The notes under the pieces were generated by a model. That model was not told where the DNA came from. It did no database searches and saw only the letters and a list, made by a program, of their open reading frames with translations. A stretch of DNA of 54,493 bases. Source: Fusobacterium sp. (GTDB lineage Bacteria > Fusobacteriota > Fusobacteriia > Fusobacteriales > Fusobacteriaceae). Every line of letters starts with the position of its first letter. Positions within the stretch are counted from its first letter, which is position 1. Location of the stretch: positions 1-54,493 of the forward strand of contig JAHHTB010000001.1 of NCBI GenBank assembly GCA_020024855.1, read 5' to 3'. A program made the translations under genes and the position numbers. Positions 20,609 to 31,383 of this stretch are shown one piece after another.

Positions 20609-21916
20609 TTATTTCATTGCTCTTAACTTAGCTTTACCAATTTTAATAGCTTCAGTTAATGGTCTATTTGCTGGGCAAATATAAGCACATGAACCACATT
20701 CAATACAGTCCATTAAATTATATTTTGGTAACTCTTCCCAGTTTTCTTTTACTGCAAGTCTTGCATACATAAATGGTACTAAATGCATTGGACATACATC
20801 AACACATTTTCCACAACTTATACATGCTTGTGGTTTACAGTAATTTGTTTCCTCTTTAGTTAGTGCTAAAAGTCCACCAGTTCCTTTTATTACTGGAACT
20901 TCTTCTGTAAATTGTGCCATACCCATCATAGGTCCACCCATAACAAGTTTATCAACTGCTTCTCTATCTACTCCACAGTAGTCAAGTAGTTCAGAGAAAG
21001 GTGTTCCTATTACTACTTTTAAGTTTTTAGGTTCTTTTATTGCTTTTCCTGAAACAGTTACTATTTTTTCAATTAATGGTTCTCCATGAACTATTCCTCT
21101 ATAAATAGCTGCTGCTGTTCCCGTATTTTGAACAACTACTCCAACAGATGCAGGAAGTTTTCCTGATGGAACTTCTCTATCTAAAACTGCTTTTATAAGT
21201 TGTTTTTCTCCTCCTTGAGGATATTTTGTATGAAGTGGCATAACTTCTATTCCTGTCCCTTCACATGCTTTTCTCATGCTAGCAATAGCTTCAGGTTTAT
21301 TTTCCTCTATACCAATCACAGCTGTTTGAATATTTAAAATCTTTTTAATGATTTTAATTCCTTCTACTATTGATTGAGGATCTTCAAGCATAAGTCTATT
21401 ATCAGAATTTAAATAAGGCTCACACTCTGCACCATTAAGTACTAAAGTATCAATTTTAGCATCTTCTGGTGGGTTTAGTTTGATATGAGTAGGGAAACTT
21501 GCTCCCCCTATTCCAACTATACCTTTTTCTCTTATTAATTTTAATAAATCTTTAACTGACGCTTCTTGCCAGTTTTCAATTTTTTCTAGCTCACACCATT
21601 CATCATTTCCATCATTTTCAATAACTACTGTGTTAGCTTTCCCCATTAAAGGAAATACACGCTGTTCTATTTTCTTTACTGTTCCACTTACTGGTGAATG
21701 AATAGTAGTAGACATAAAAGCTTGAGAATCAGCTATTTTCTGTCCTTTAAGAACTTTATCTCCAACTTTAACTATTGGATCTAATGGAGCTCCTATGTGT
21801 TGTTGTAATGGTATATATACCATTTTTGGTGATGCCATTTTTTCTGTTGCTATTTCAGCTGTTTGGGCCTTATTATCAGGTGGATGCACTCCGCCTCTGA
21901 ATCCAAAAAACTTCAT
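20609..21916 (-). CDS. rnfC: Rnf complex subunit C
   Basis: GGVHP, NGAECEPY, GGPMMG and two 4Fe-4S motifs. Confidence 0.96.
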   Translation of the reverse strand: MKFFGFRGGVHPPDNKAQTAEIATEKMASPKMVYIPLQQHIGAPLDPIVKVGDKVLKGQKIADSQAFMSTTIHSPVSGTVKKIEQRVFPLMGKANTVVIENDGNDEWCELEKIENWQEASVKDLLKLIREKGIVGIGGASFPTHIKLNPPEDAKIDTLVLNGAECEPYLNSDNRLMLEDPQSIVEGIKIIKKILNIQTAVIGIEENKPEAIASMRKACEGTGIEVMPLHTKYPQGGEKQLIKAVLDREVPSGKLPASVGVVVQNTGTAAAIYRGIVHGEPLIEKIVTVSGKAIKEPKNLKVVIGTPFSELLDYCGVDREAVDKLVMGGPMMGMAQFTEEVPVIKGTGGLLALTKEETNYCKPQACISCGKCVDVCPMHLVPFMYARLAVKENWEELPKYNLMDCIECGSCAYICPANRPLTEAIKIGKAKLRAMK

Positions 21917-21977
21917 ACAAACTCTCCTTCCTTAAACTATATTTAATTTTAATAAATATATAAATTTTCCTTATATC

Positions 21978-22006
21978 AGTTTAGCACAATTATCAATTTT
22001 TAACAA
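21978..22006 (-). promoter_or_regulatory. Candidate rnf promoter
   Basis: TTGTTA-17 bp-TAAACT with an extended TG. Confidence 0.5.
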
Positions 22007-22038
22007 TATCTTTTTCGGACTTACCGACCTTTTTTTCA

Positions 22039-22605
22039 TCATTTTTTATTGTAAAGTTGCATTATTTTTTCTATTTTTTCACCATTTAAAAGAGAAAATA
22101 CCATCTTTGAAACATTTCCTATTGCTTCTTTCACATCAAGTTCTTCCTCTTTAGAAAAACGTCCAAGAACAAAACCAACAGTTTTTTCTTTTCCACCACT
22201 AGCACCTATTCCAAATTTTATTCTTAAAAATTTTTCTCCTATATGTGAAATAATAGATTTTATTCCATTATGTCCCCCAGCACTTCCTTTTTCTCTTATT
22301 CTAAGTTTACCTACTGGAAGTGACATATCATCGTAAATTACTACCATTTCTGTTTCTGAATTAATTTTATAAAAATTTAAAACTTGAATTATAGAATCAC
22401 CACTTAAATTCATAAAAGTTTGAGGTTTTAAAAGAAGTATTTTTTCTCCTTTATAGTTCCCTTCTCCTATCAGCCCCTTAAACTTTTCTTTAAAATCATA
22501 TATTTTTAAATCTTCTGCTATTTTATCTATAGCCATAAATCCTAGATTATGCCTTGTATTTTCGTATTCTTTACCTGGATTTCCAAGTCCTACTATAAGT
22601 TTCAT
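22039..22605 (-). CDS. pth: Peptidyl-tRNA hydrolase
   Basis: GLGNPG, TRHN, KPQTFMNLSG and GGHNG motifs. Confidence 0.97.
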   Translation of the reverse strand: MKLIVGLGNPGKEYENTRHNLGFMAIDKIAEDLKIYDFKEKFKGLIGEGNYKGEKILLLKPQTFMNLSGDSIIQVLNFYKINSETEMVVIYDDMSLPVGKLRIREKGSAGGHNGIKSIISHIGEKFLRIKFGIGASGGKEKTVGFVLGRFSKEEELDVKEAIGNVSKMVFSLLNGEKIEKIMQLYNKK

Positions 22606-22643
22606 TAATTATATTTCTCCAATCACTTTTCATTTTTTACAAC

Positions 22644-22678
22644 TTTAAAAAGGCTGATTTCTAATCAGCCTTTTTAAA
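22644..22678 (-). terminator. Terminator after sdaA
   Basis: AAAAAGGCTGATT/AATCAGCCTTTTT inverted repeat. Confidence 0.85.
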
Positions 22679-22680
22679 AA

Positions 22681-23886
22681 TTAACAATTTGCACAAAAAT
22701 GTTTTGCTAAACCACCAAGAGATGTTTCTCTATATTCTTCTTTCATATCTCTTCCAGTTTCTCCCATAGTTATTACTACTTCGTCAAAAGATACGCTGTG
22801 TTGTCCATCTGTATAAAGTGCATAGTTTGCTGTATCAAGTGCTTTTGCTGCTGCTGATGCATTTCTTTCTATACAAGGAATTTGTACATATCCGCCAATA
22901 GGGTCACAAGTAAGTCCTAGATTATGCTCTAATGCCATCTCTGCTGCATACTCTATTTGCTCTATTGTTCCTCCCATTAAAAATGCTGCCATTCCTGCTG
23001 CCATTGCACAAGCTGTTCCAACCTCTGCTTGACAACCTGCTTCTGCTCCAGATATACTTGCATTTTCTTTAACTATGTTTCCTATTAATCCAGCCACTGC
23101 AAGAGCTTTTACTATCTCTTTTGGCTCTAATTTAAATGCTTCTTTCAAAGTATAAAGTGTTCCTGGAATAACTCCTGCTGCTCCACATGTAGGGGCTGTA
23201 ACAACTCTTCCACCACCAGCATTTTCTTCTGATACTGCAAGTGTGTAGGCAAAAAGTTTTCCTCTAAACTGTCTAACTTTCCCTTCTGATCTTGATCTTC
23301 TATAAAAAGTTTGAGCTCTTCTTTTTAAACCTATGCTTCCTGGTAAAACACCATCTTTAGTTATTCCTCTTTCTACTGCTTCTTCCATAGCTTTCCAAAT
23401 CTCTGTAAGGAATTCTTCTATGTCGTCATCTTCATGCTCCATTACATATTCCCATAGCTCTTTTTTATTTTCTTTACACCATTCTATTATGTCATCCATT
23501 TTCTTTAAAGGATAAACTGTTGATGTAGAGTATCTTCCTTGTCCCTCTTCAACTATTGTTCCTCCTCCAACAGAAAAAACAAGCCAATTTTTTATTTCAT
23601 TCCCAGCTTCATCGTAAGCAAAAAATTTCATTCCGTTTGTATGGAATGGGTGAACAACTTCTGGTTTCCATACTATTTCTGTCTTTACTGGTTCTAAAGT
23701 TTTTTCTATTATCCAGTCTGTTAAATGCCCCTTTCCTGTAAGAGCAAGAGAACCATAAAGTTCTACTTTATAAGATTTTGCATTAGGTGTTTCCCCTTTA
23801 AATCTTCTAGCTGCTCTTTCAGGTCCCATAGTATGTGAACTTGAAGGTCCATTTCCAATTTTAAATAATTCTTTTAACGAATCCAT
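22681..23886 (-). CDS. sdaA: L-serine dehydratase, iron-sulfur, single chain
   Basis: GPSSSHT, GCQAE and LTCDP...QIPCIERN motifs. Confidence 0.95.
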   Translation of the reverse strand: MDSLKELFKIGNGPSSSHTMGPERAARRFKGETPNAKSYKVELYGSLALTGKGHLTDWIIEKTLEPVKTEIVWKPEVVHPFHTNGMKFFAYDEAGNEIKNWLVFSVGGGTIVEEGQGRYSTSTVYPLKKMDDIIEWCKENKKELWEYVMEHEDDDIEEFLTEIWKAMEEAVERGITKDGVLPGSIGLKRRAQTFYRRSRSEGKVRQFRGKLFAYTLAVSEENAGGGRVVTAPTCGAAGVIPGTLYTLKEAFKLEPKEIVKALAVAGLIGNIVKENASISGAEAGCQAEVGTACAMAAGMAAFLMGGTIEQIEYAAEMALEHNLGLTCDPIGGYVQIPCIERNASAAAKALDTANYALYTDGQHSVSFDEVVITMGETGRDMKEEYRETSLGGLAKHFCANC

Positions 23887-23951
23887 TTTTTCCTCCCTAA
23901 TAACATAATCAAAATTTAATTTACCTCTTTATACTTTGAGAGAAAATCAGA

Positions 23952-26336
23952 CTACTGTCTGATTTCTCCAGCAAATTTTGTTCTTATTATGTTTAATACT
24001 TTATCTATAACTTTGTTTATATCTTCTTCTTTTAAAGTTCCAACTTTATTTCTTAAAGTTAAGCTAATTGCAACAGATTTCTTACCTGCTTCAATATGCT
24101 CTCCTTTGTAAATATCAAATAGCTCTACTAACTCTATAAAGTCTGAACTTTTCTTAATCATGTCTATCATATCACCAACAAGTACACTGTCATCTAAAAC
24201 GATAGCAAGGTCTCTTGTTACTTCTGGATATTTAACTATTCTTTCATATTTGAATTTTTTACTCATATATTGTTTTAAAATAGTTAGGTTAAGTTCAGCT
24301 ATATAAGCTCTCTCTTTTGTAATATCCATATTTTCTGCTAAATCTGGGTGAATTTCTCCAAAAGTTCCAACTACAACTTTTCCAATTTTTATATCTGCAG
24401 CTCTTCCAGGGTGGAAATTAGAGTTAGTTGTTCTTTCAAGTTTATATTTTTTAACTCCTACTAATTCTAAATATTCCTCAACATAACCTTTTAACATATA
24501 GAAATCATATGCTTCTGGTTTTGCATTCCATAGAGTTCTTGCTTCTCTTCCACAGATACCTATTGCAACATGAATATCTTCTTGAGCTAATTCTTCTGCT
24601 TTCTTAAATACTTTTGCCACCTCAAATATTTTTATTGAATCTTGGTTTCTATTTAAGTTTTCTTTTATATTATTTAAAATACTCCACATAAGAACTGGTC
24701 TCATCATACTCATTGTTTCAGCAATAGGATTTTTTATCATTATAACTTCATCTTCTATATGAAGAACATCTTTAACAACTTTATCTATAAAACTATAGTT
24801 TATAACTTCTTGAAGTCCTATTTTAGCAAGTATTCTTTTTGAATCGTCCATAAGTCTTATTGGCTCTGCTTTAACTCCTGCAGTTATATCTTCCACAGGC
24901 ATTTTATTTTCAATATTTTCAAAACCATACATTCTTATGATTTCTTCATAAAGATCTGCACTTCTTGTTAAATCTTTTCTATAGCTTGGTGGAATTACAA
25001 CAGCTGTTTCTTGTCCAATAGCTTTTATTTCTAATCCTAAGTTAGTTAAAATTCTAGCTACTTCTTGAGCCTCTATATCTTTACCCATGAATTTTCTAAA
25101 TTTCTTAATATCTAAAGGAATTTCAACCTTTGTAAATTTAATTGGGTAAATATCTTTAGCTTTTCCTACGATGTTTCCATCAGCTATTTCATAGATAAGA
25201 CTTGTAACTCTATCTAATACTTCTGGAACATTTTCAATATCTGTTCCTCTTTCATTTCTATATCCAGATTCACTTGTAATTCCAAGTTTCTTTCCTGTTT
25301 TTCTTATATTTTCAGGTGTAAAATATGCAACCTCAATGAAAATGTCTTTAGTTTCATCAGTAATTCCACTTTCAAGTCCACCCATAACTCCTGCTATTGA
25401 TAATGGTTTTTCAGAGTCAGCAATTACTAATTCACCATTTAAGTCAAGTTCATCTCCCATAAGAGTAACTAATTTTTCTCCCTCTTTAGCTGCTCTTACA
25501 ACGATTGTCATATCATTTATCTTACTTAAATCATAAGTATGAATAGGTTGGTTGTATTCAAACATTACAAAGTTTGTAGCATCTACTATGTTATTTATAG
25601 GATTTAGTCCCATAGCTTTTATTCTTCTTTTTAGCCATTCAGGAGATTCTTTTACAGTTATATTTCTCATAACTCTTCCTGCAAATCTTTTACATCTCTC
25701 TTTATCTTCTATTTCAATTTTTACATTGTTTGAAACATCTTCAAGAGTTTCAAAAACATCAAAAGATGGATATTTAACTTTTCTTCCATAGTAAGCTGCA
25801 ATCTCTCTTGCAATACCTATATGAGAAAGGCAGTCTGGTCTGTTTGGAGTTATTTCTAGTTCAAATATTACATCATTTAGTTTTGCATATTTTCTATACT
25901 CTTCACCAATTGGTGCATCTTCTGGAAGTATTACTATTCCATCAGCATTTGAACCTAATCCAAGCTCAACTTCAGAGCAAAGCATTCCATAAGATTCTAC
26001 ATCTCTTATTTTACTTTTTGCTATTTTAAAGTTTCCTGGAAGAACTGCTCCTATTCTTGCAACTATTACTTTATCTCCTAGTTTGTGATTTGGTGCTCCA
26101 CAAACTATTTGTAAAGGTTCTTCTTCACCAACATCAACCTTTGTTAAAGTTAATTTATCTGAATTTGGGTGTTTTCCATATTCAACTATTTTTCCTATTA
26201 CAACATGGTCAAGGTCTTTCCCTTGAACAGTTATAGCTTCAACTTCTTGTCCTATCATAGTTAGGGCATTTTCAAGCTCTTTTATATCTTCTTTTATATC
26301 TACATATTCCTTAAGCCACTCTAATGAAATTAACAT
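23952..26336 (-). CDS. pheT: Phenylalanine--tRNA ligase beta subunit
   Basis: IVCGAPN, TPNRPDCLS and a C-terminal FDX-ACB domain (RDLA). Confidence 0.97.
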   Translation of the reverse strand: MLISLEWLKEYVDIKEDIKELENALTMIGQEVEAITVQGKDLDHVVIGKIVEYGKHPNSDKLTLTKVDVGEEEPLQIVCGAPNHKLGDKVIVARIGAVLPGNFKIAKSKIRDVESYGMLCSEVELGLGSNADGIVILPEDAPIGEEYRKYAKLNDVIFELEITPNRPDCLSHIGIAREIAAYYGRKVKYPSFDVFETLEDVSNNVKIEIEDKERCKRFAGRVMRNITVKESPEWLKRRIKAMGLNPINNIVDATNFVMFEYNQPIHTYDLSKINDMTIVVRAAKEGEKLVTLMGDELDLNGELVIADSEKPLSIAGVMGGLESGITDETKDIFIEVAYFTPENIRKTGKKLGITSESGYRNERGTDIENVPEVLDRVTSLIYEIADGNIVGKAKDIYPIKFTKVEIPLDIKKFRKFMGKDIEAQEVARILTNLGLEIKAIGQETAVVIPPSYRKDLTRSADLYEEIIRMYGFENIENKMPVEDITAGVKAEPIRLMDDSKRILAKIGLQEVINYSFIDKVVKDVLHIEDEVIMIKNPIAETMSMMRPVLMWSILNNIKENLNRNQDSIKIFEVAKVFKKAEELAQEDIHVAIGICGREARTLWNAKPEAYDFYMLKGYVEEYLELVGVKKYKLERTTNSNFHPGRAADIKIGKVVVGTFGEIHPDLAENMDITKERAYIAELNLTILKQYMSKKFKYERIVKYPEVTRDLAIVLDDSVLVGDMIDMIKKSSDFIELVELFDIYKGEHIEAGKKSVAISLTLRNKVGTLKEEDINKVIDKVLNIIRTKFAGEIRQ

Positions 26337-26351
26337 CTTCTTTCCACACTC

Positions 26352-27368
26352 CTACTTAAATTGTTTTAAAAATCTCATATCATTTTCAAAGAATGCTCTT
26401 AAGTCATCTATTCCATGTCTAAGCATAGTAACTCTTTCTATTCCAACTCCAAAAGCAAAACCTGAAACTTCGTCAGCTTTATATCCAACAGCTTCTAAAA
26501 CAGCAGGGTCTACCATTCCGCAACCCATAATTTCAAGCCATCCACTTCCTTTACATACTCTGCATCCTTTTCCTTTACAAATAACACATTCAACATCCAT
26601 CTCAGCACTTGGCTCTGTGAATGGGAAGAAGTGAGGTCTAAATCTTACTTTTGTATCTCCAAATATTTTTGTTACCATCTCTGTAAGAATAGCTTTTAAA
26701 TTTGCAAAAGATACATTTTCCCCTATCATAAGTCCTTCCATTTGATGGAACATTGGTGTATGAGATACATCATAATCTGGTCTATAAACCTTACCTGGAC
26801 AAATCATTCTAAAAGGTGGTTTATGCTCTAGCATATATCTTATCTGAACTGGTGATGTTTGTGTTCTAAGAACAACATCATCTGATATATAGAAAGTGTC
26901 TGTAATATCTCTTGACGGATGTGAATCTGGTATATTTAATGCATCAAAGTTGTATTTTACATATTCAACCTCTGGTCCATCTGCCACATCAAATCCCATA
27001 TCCATAAAAATAGTTTTTAAAAAATCTGCTGTTTCTGTTATAGGGTGTAAACTTCCTTCACTTACTTTTTTACCTGAAAGAGTAATATCAATTACTTCTT
27101 CTTTTAACTGTTTAGCTTTAAGCTCTTTTGTAATTTCTATTTTCTTACTTTCAAGTATTTCTGTTATATCATTTCTAACCTCGTTAAGAAGTTGCCCAAT
27201 AACAGGTCTTTCTTCAGCAGACAGATTTTTCATTCCTTTAGAGATTTCAGTAAGTTGACCTTTTTTCCCTAAAAACTTAACTCTTAAATCTTCTATTTCT
27301 TGAAGAGTTGAAGAATTTAGAATTTCTTGTCTTGCTTCATTTTTTAATAAAGATAATTTATCTTTCAT
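26352..27368 (-). CDS. pheS: Phenylalanine--tRNA ligase alpha subunit
   Basis: LRTQTSPVQ, FPFTEPS and GFAFGVGIER motifs. Start moved to ATG at 27368 after GGAGG. Confidence 0.97.
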   Translation of the reverse strand: MKDKLSLLKNEARQEILNSSTLQEIEDLRVKFLGKKGQLTEISKGMKNLSAEERPVIGQLLNEVRNDITEILESKKIEITKELKAKQLKEEVIDITLSGKKVSEGSLHPITETADFLKTIFMDMGFDVADGPEVEYVKYNFDALNIPDSHPSRDITDTFYISDDVVLRTQTSPVQIRYMLEHKPPFRMICPGKVYRPDYDVSHTPMFHQMEGLMIGENVSFANLKAILTEMVTKIFGDTKVRFRPHFFPFTEPSAEMDVECVICKGKGCRVCKGSGWLEIMGCGMVDPAVLEAVGYKADEVSGFAFGVGIERVTMLRHGIDDLRAFFENDMRFLKQFK

Positions 27369-27386
27369 GTTTCCTCCCACCTAAAA

Positions 27387-27878
27387 TTAATCCAAATTTT
27401 TATGTGTAAATTTTACTTTTTTACCTTTTTCTATTTCTATAACTCCATAGCTGTTATTTAATATTGCTCCTGGGTTAAATAGAGTTATAACTTTGTCTTT
27501 TTCGTCATCTTGACGGCGAAAAGTATCTACGTAATCTGGATTGTGGGTATGTCCAAAGACAACAATGTCTGCATTTACTTCATATCCTTTTTCCTCTATA
27601 CGTGAATAGTCTCTTTTAACTCCATAAATATGACCATGAGTTAGAAAGATTCTCTTTCCCTCTAACTCAACTGTCATATAATCATCTGTTTTATAATCAT
27701 CATAGTCACAGTTTCCTCTAACTATGAAAAATTTTATTTCAGGAAAAATAAGTTCCATCTCTAAAGCATCACTTGAACAGTCTCCAGAAAAAAGAACTAC
27801 ATCAGGTTTTTCCCATTTACATGCTTTATAAAATCTTTCAAAACACCCGTGGGTATCTGAAATAGCTAGTATTTTCAT
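27387..27878 (-). CDS. YfcE-family metallophosphoesterase
   Basis: SDTHG, GD, GNCD, THGH, GHTH and NPG motifs. Confidence 0.9.
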   Translation of the reverse strand: MKILAISDTHGCFERFYKACKWEKPDVVLFSGDCSSDALEMELIFPEIKFFIVRGNCDYDDYKTDDYMTVELEGKRIFLTHGHIYGVKRDYSRIEEKGYEVNADIVVFGHTHNPDYVDTFRRQDDEKDKVITLFNPGAILNNSYGVIEIEKGKKVKFTHKNLD

Positions 27879-27904
27879 AATTTACCTATCCTGTGTTTAT
27901 TAAA

Positions 27905-28711
27905 TTAAGCTATAAATAATGTTGTTTCTACATCTTCCATTATTTTTACACCAATTTTTTTAGTAATCTTTTCAAATATATAAGAATTACTTAAGTTACC
28001 CATAATAAGAACATCTTCTTCCTTACAAATTTTTAAAAATTCATCTGAGTTAGATCTTAAAATTTGTTTAGAAGTAAGTTTTATTCCCTTTCCTTTTATA
28101 AATTCATTAAGATAATTTTCATGAACTTCCTCATCATCATGGTCATGTTGATCAGGATCTACTAATTCAAGTGATGTTATTTCATTTACATGAGTAAATA
28201 TATTTATAAATCTTTGGAAACTTTTATTAACCTTTGTCCCATCATCATTTGAAATTGCAACCTTATCAAGTTTTAAAACTTTATCTCTAACAACTATTAT
28301 TGGTTTAAAGAAACGTTTTAAAATAGCTATTAGATCCTCAGAAAATTTATCCTCTTTTTCTATAAGAAGAATATCTGATTTTTTTAATTCTTCAATTACT
28401 ATCTCTGGAGTTATACCAAATTTTACTTCAAGTTCTGCATGAACTCCCTTCTGTTCTAACTGCTCTTTTATATTTGCAATTTCATGCTCCTCATAACGAT
28501 TCCATTCCTCATTAACTCCTGCAATCATAGGCTCAAGCATTATACCATCAACTGCATTGGGAAGAAATTCCTTCTTTCTCACATCTCTTACATGAAGAGG
28601 TCTTATTGAAAAACCAAAGTGATCTCTTAAATAAATAGCACTGTCTATAAGATTTTCTCTATTATAACCATTCCCTAATACTAAAAGTACATTTCTTTCC
28701 ATAAACATCAC
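27905..28711 (-). CDS. Universal stress protein-like (two USP-like domains)
   Basis: Size and USP-like pattern (LHV, DVLIMG...). Resemblance only. Confidence 0.55.
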   Translation of the reverse strand: MMFMERNVLLVLGNGYNRENLIDSAIYLRDHFGFSIRPLHVRDVRKKEFLPNAVDGIMLEPMIAGVNEEWNRYEEHEIANIKEQLEQKGVHAELEVKFGITPEIVIEELKKSDILLIEKEDKFSEDLIAILKRFFKPIIVVRDKVLKLDKVAISNDDGTKVNKSFQRFINIFTHVNEITSLELVDPDQHDHDDEEVHENYLNEFIKGKGIKLTSKQILRSNSDEFLKICKEEDVLIMGNLSNSYIFEKITKKIGVKIMEDVETTLFIA

Positions 28712-28719
28712 GTCCTTTT

Positions 28720-31323
28720 TTAGTTTTCGTCTGAGTTATCTAGTTCCTGTTCACCTTCATACTGCATTTGCTCTTCGTCTTCGCTTTCAAAAGTGTTCAG
28801 ATATTTATTTTCAAAATCATCTTTTTCAGAAGATTTTTCTTGATTATTTTCAATTACTTCCACATCTTCAATTTTATCATCAGAAAGTATTTTTTCTTCA
28901 TCTTTTTCATTTTTTACTTTTGCTATTGCAACTACTTTTTCATCATCAGAAGTTCTCATGATTTTAACTCCTTGAGTTGCTCTTCCATAAATTGAAACAG
29001 AGTTTACTGGAGTTCTTATAACAACACCTGAAGAAGTTATTGCCATAAGTTCTTCATCTTCTTTAACAGGTTTTACTTCAACAATATCTCCTGTTTTATC
29101 ACTACATTTAAGGTTTATAACACCTTTTCCACTTCTACCTTGTAGTGGATATTCATTTACTCTTGTTCTCTTACCAAATCCATTTTCTGTAACAGTAAGA
29201 ATTGTTTCTTCATCTCCATTTTTAAGTAAAAGACCAGATACAACACTATCTCCTTGTCTTAGTGTAATTCCTTTTACTCCTGTTGCATTTCTTGACATAC
29301 TTCTTACTTCATTTGTTCTTATTCTAATAGAGTATCCTAATTTAGTAGCTATAAATAGTTGATCCTCTTCAGAAGTTACAACTCCTACGAAGATTAAATC
29401 ATCATCTTCTCTAAGTTTTACTGCCTTAAGTCCTCCACTATGAATATTTTGAAATTCCATTAAGTTTGTTTTCTTAACTGTTCCGTCTTGAGTAAGGAAT
29501 AATATCTCTTTATTTCTAGTAAATTCTCTTATTTTTATAGTGAATCTTACTTTTTCGTTTTCTTGAAGTTTTATGATATTTTCAATAAGTTTTCCTCTTG
29601 CTTGTTTAGAGCTTTCAGGTATCTCATAAGCTTTAAGGTTGAATACCCTTCCTTTATTTGTAAATATCATCATACTATCTAATGTTGACATGACTTCCAT
29701 ATCTTGAACAAAGTCATCTTCAACAGTGTGTTGAGTTGATACTCCTTTTCCACCTCTTTTTTGAGATTTATACTTATCAAGCTCAATTCTCTTTACATAA
29801 CCTTTATTTGTAATAGTTATAAGAACTTTTTCATCTTTTATAAGATCTTCCATATCTATATCAAGTCTTTCGTTTTCTATACTTGTTCTTCTAGAATCGT
29901 TGTACTTTTCTTTTAATTCAATAAGTTCTTTTTCCATTATTTCATAAATTTTATTATCATCTGCAAGAATTGCTTTAAGTTCTTTTATTTTTAACTCAAG
30001 TTCTTGGAACTCTTGCTCTATTTTTTCTCTTTCAAGACCAGTAAGTCTTTGAAGTTTCATATCCATAATGGCTTTAGCTTGAGTTTCAGAGAAAGCATAT
30101 CTTTCTATTAAAGCATCTTTAGCTTCATTTCCATCTTTTGATGCTCTTACTAACTCTATGATTCTATCAATATTTTCTAAAGCTATTCTAAATCCTTGTA
30201 GTATATGATCTCTTTTTTCAGCCTTATCTAAATCATATTTTGTTCTTCTTGTTACCACTTCAAATCTATGCTTTAAATATTCCTCTAAAACTTGTTTTAA
30301 ATTTAAAACCTTAGGAACATTATTTACAAGGGCAAGCATTATTATACCAAATGTATTTTGAAGATCTGTATATTTATATAATTTGTTAAGAACTAATTCT
30401 GGCTCTTCACCTCTTTTTAATTCTATAACAATTCTTATTCCCTCTCTATCTGATTCATCTCTTAAGTCAGATATTCCTGTAAGCTTTTTCTCTCTTACAA
30501 GAGCAGCTATTCTTTCTATAAGAGCTGATTTATTTAATTGGTAAGGAATTTCTTTTACAACAAGAGAAACTCTTCCTGTTTTAGATTCCTCAACCTCTAT
30601 TCTTCCTCTTACTCTTATTCTTCCTCTACCTGTTGCATAGGCTTCTTTTATTCCTCTTGTTCCATCAATTATTCCACCTGTTGGAAAATCTGGACCTGGA
30701 ATATGTTCCATTAATTCGTCAACTGTTATATCTCTATTTTCTATAAGAGCAAGTATACCATCAACAAGTTCTCCCAAATTATGAGGTGGAATATTTGTTG
30801 CCATTCCTACTGCTATTCCTGTTGAACCATTTAAAAGTAGATTTGGAAGTTTTGCAGGTAGTACAACTGGCTCATCAAGGGAATCATCAAAGTTCTTTCT
30901 AAAGTCTATTGTATCTTTATCAATATCTTCTAAAAGTTCTCCTGTTATTTTTTTCATTCTTGCTTCTGTATATCTCATGGCAGCTGCTGAATCTCCGTCA
31001 ATAGAACCAAAATTTCCATGACCATCAACAAGTTCATATCTATAGTTAAACTCCTGTGCCATTCTTACCATTGTATTATAAACTGCTGAATCTCCATGTG
31101 GGTGATACTTACCTAGTACTTCCCCTACAATTCTTGCAGATTTTTTATAAGCTTTATCATAAGTCATTCCCATTTCATTCATAGCAAATAATATTCTTCT
31201 ATGAACTGGTTTTAAACCATCCCTTACATCTGGAAGTGCTCTACTTACAATAACACTCATAGAATAATCCAGATAAGATTGTTTCATTTCCTCTTCTATG
31301 TATCTGTTAATTACATTAGACAT
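28720..31323 (-). CDS. gyrA: DNA gyrase subunit A
   Basis: [21 protein letters not shown], GyrA-box QKRGGKG and an acidic tail. Start moved to ATG at 31323. Confidence 0.98.
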   Translation of the reverse strand: MSNVINRYIEEEMKQSYLDYSMSVIVSRALPDVRDGLKPVHRRILFAMNEMGMTYDKAYKKSARIVGEVLGKYHPHGDSAVYNTMVRMAQEFNYRYELVDGHGNFGSIDGDSAAAMRYTEARMKKITGELLEDIDKDTIDFRKNFDDSLDEPVVLPAKLPNLLLNGSTGIAVGMATNIPPHNLGELVDGILALIENRDITVDELMEHIPGPDFPTGGIIDGTRGIKEAYATGRGRIRVRGRIEVEESKTGRVSLVVKEIPYQLNKSALIERIAALVREKKLTGISDLRDESDREGIRIVIELKRGEEPELVLNKLYKYTDLQNTFGIIMLALVNNVPKVLNLKQVLEEYLKHRFEVVTRRTKYDLDKAEKRDHILQGFRIALENIDRIIELVRASKDGNEAKDALIERYAFSETQAKAIMDMKLQRLTGLEREKIEQEFQELELKIKELKAILADDNKIYEIMEKELIELKEKYNDSRRTSIENERLDIDMEDLIKDEKVLITITNKGYVKRIELDKYKSQKRGGKGVSTQHTVEDDFVQDMEVMSTLDSMMIFTNKGRVFNLKAYEIPESSKQARGKLIENIIKLQENEKVRFTIKIREFTRNKEILFLTQDGTVKKTNLMEFQNIHSGGLKAVKLREDDDLIFVGVVTSEEDQLFIATKLGYSIRIRTNEVRSMSRNATGVKGITLRQGDSVVSGLLLKNGDEETILTVTENGFGKRTRVNEYPLQGRSGKGVINLKCSDKTGDIVEVKPVKEDEELMAITSSGVVIRTPVNSVSIYGRATQGVKIMRTSDDEKVVAIAKVKNEKDEEKILSDDKIEDVEVIENNQEKSSEKDDFENKYLNTFESEDEEQMQYEGEQELDNSDEN

Positions 31324-31383
31324 TCTTTTATTTCCTCCCGACAATATATATTATTAATGTTCATTTTTTTAATTCATTAATAA

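Noticed and set aside
21989..22006. Rex operator at the rnf promoter
   Set aside because: Only one half-site (TTGTTAA) matches, and it is explained as the -35 element.
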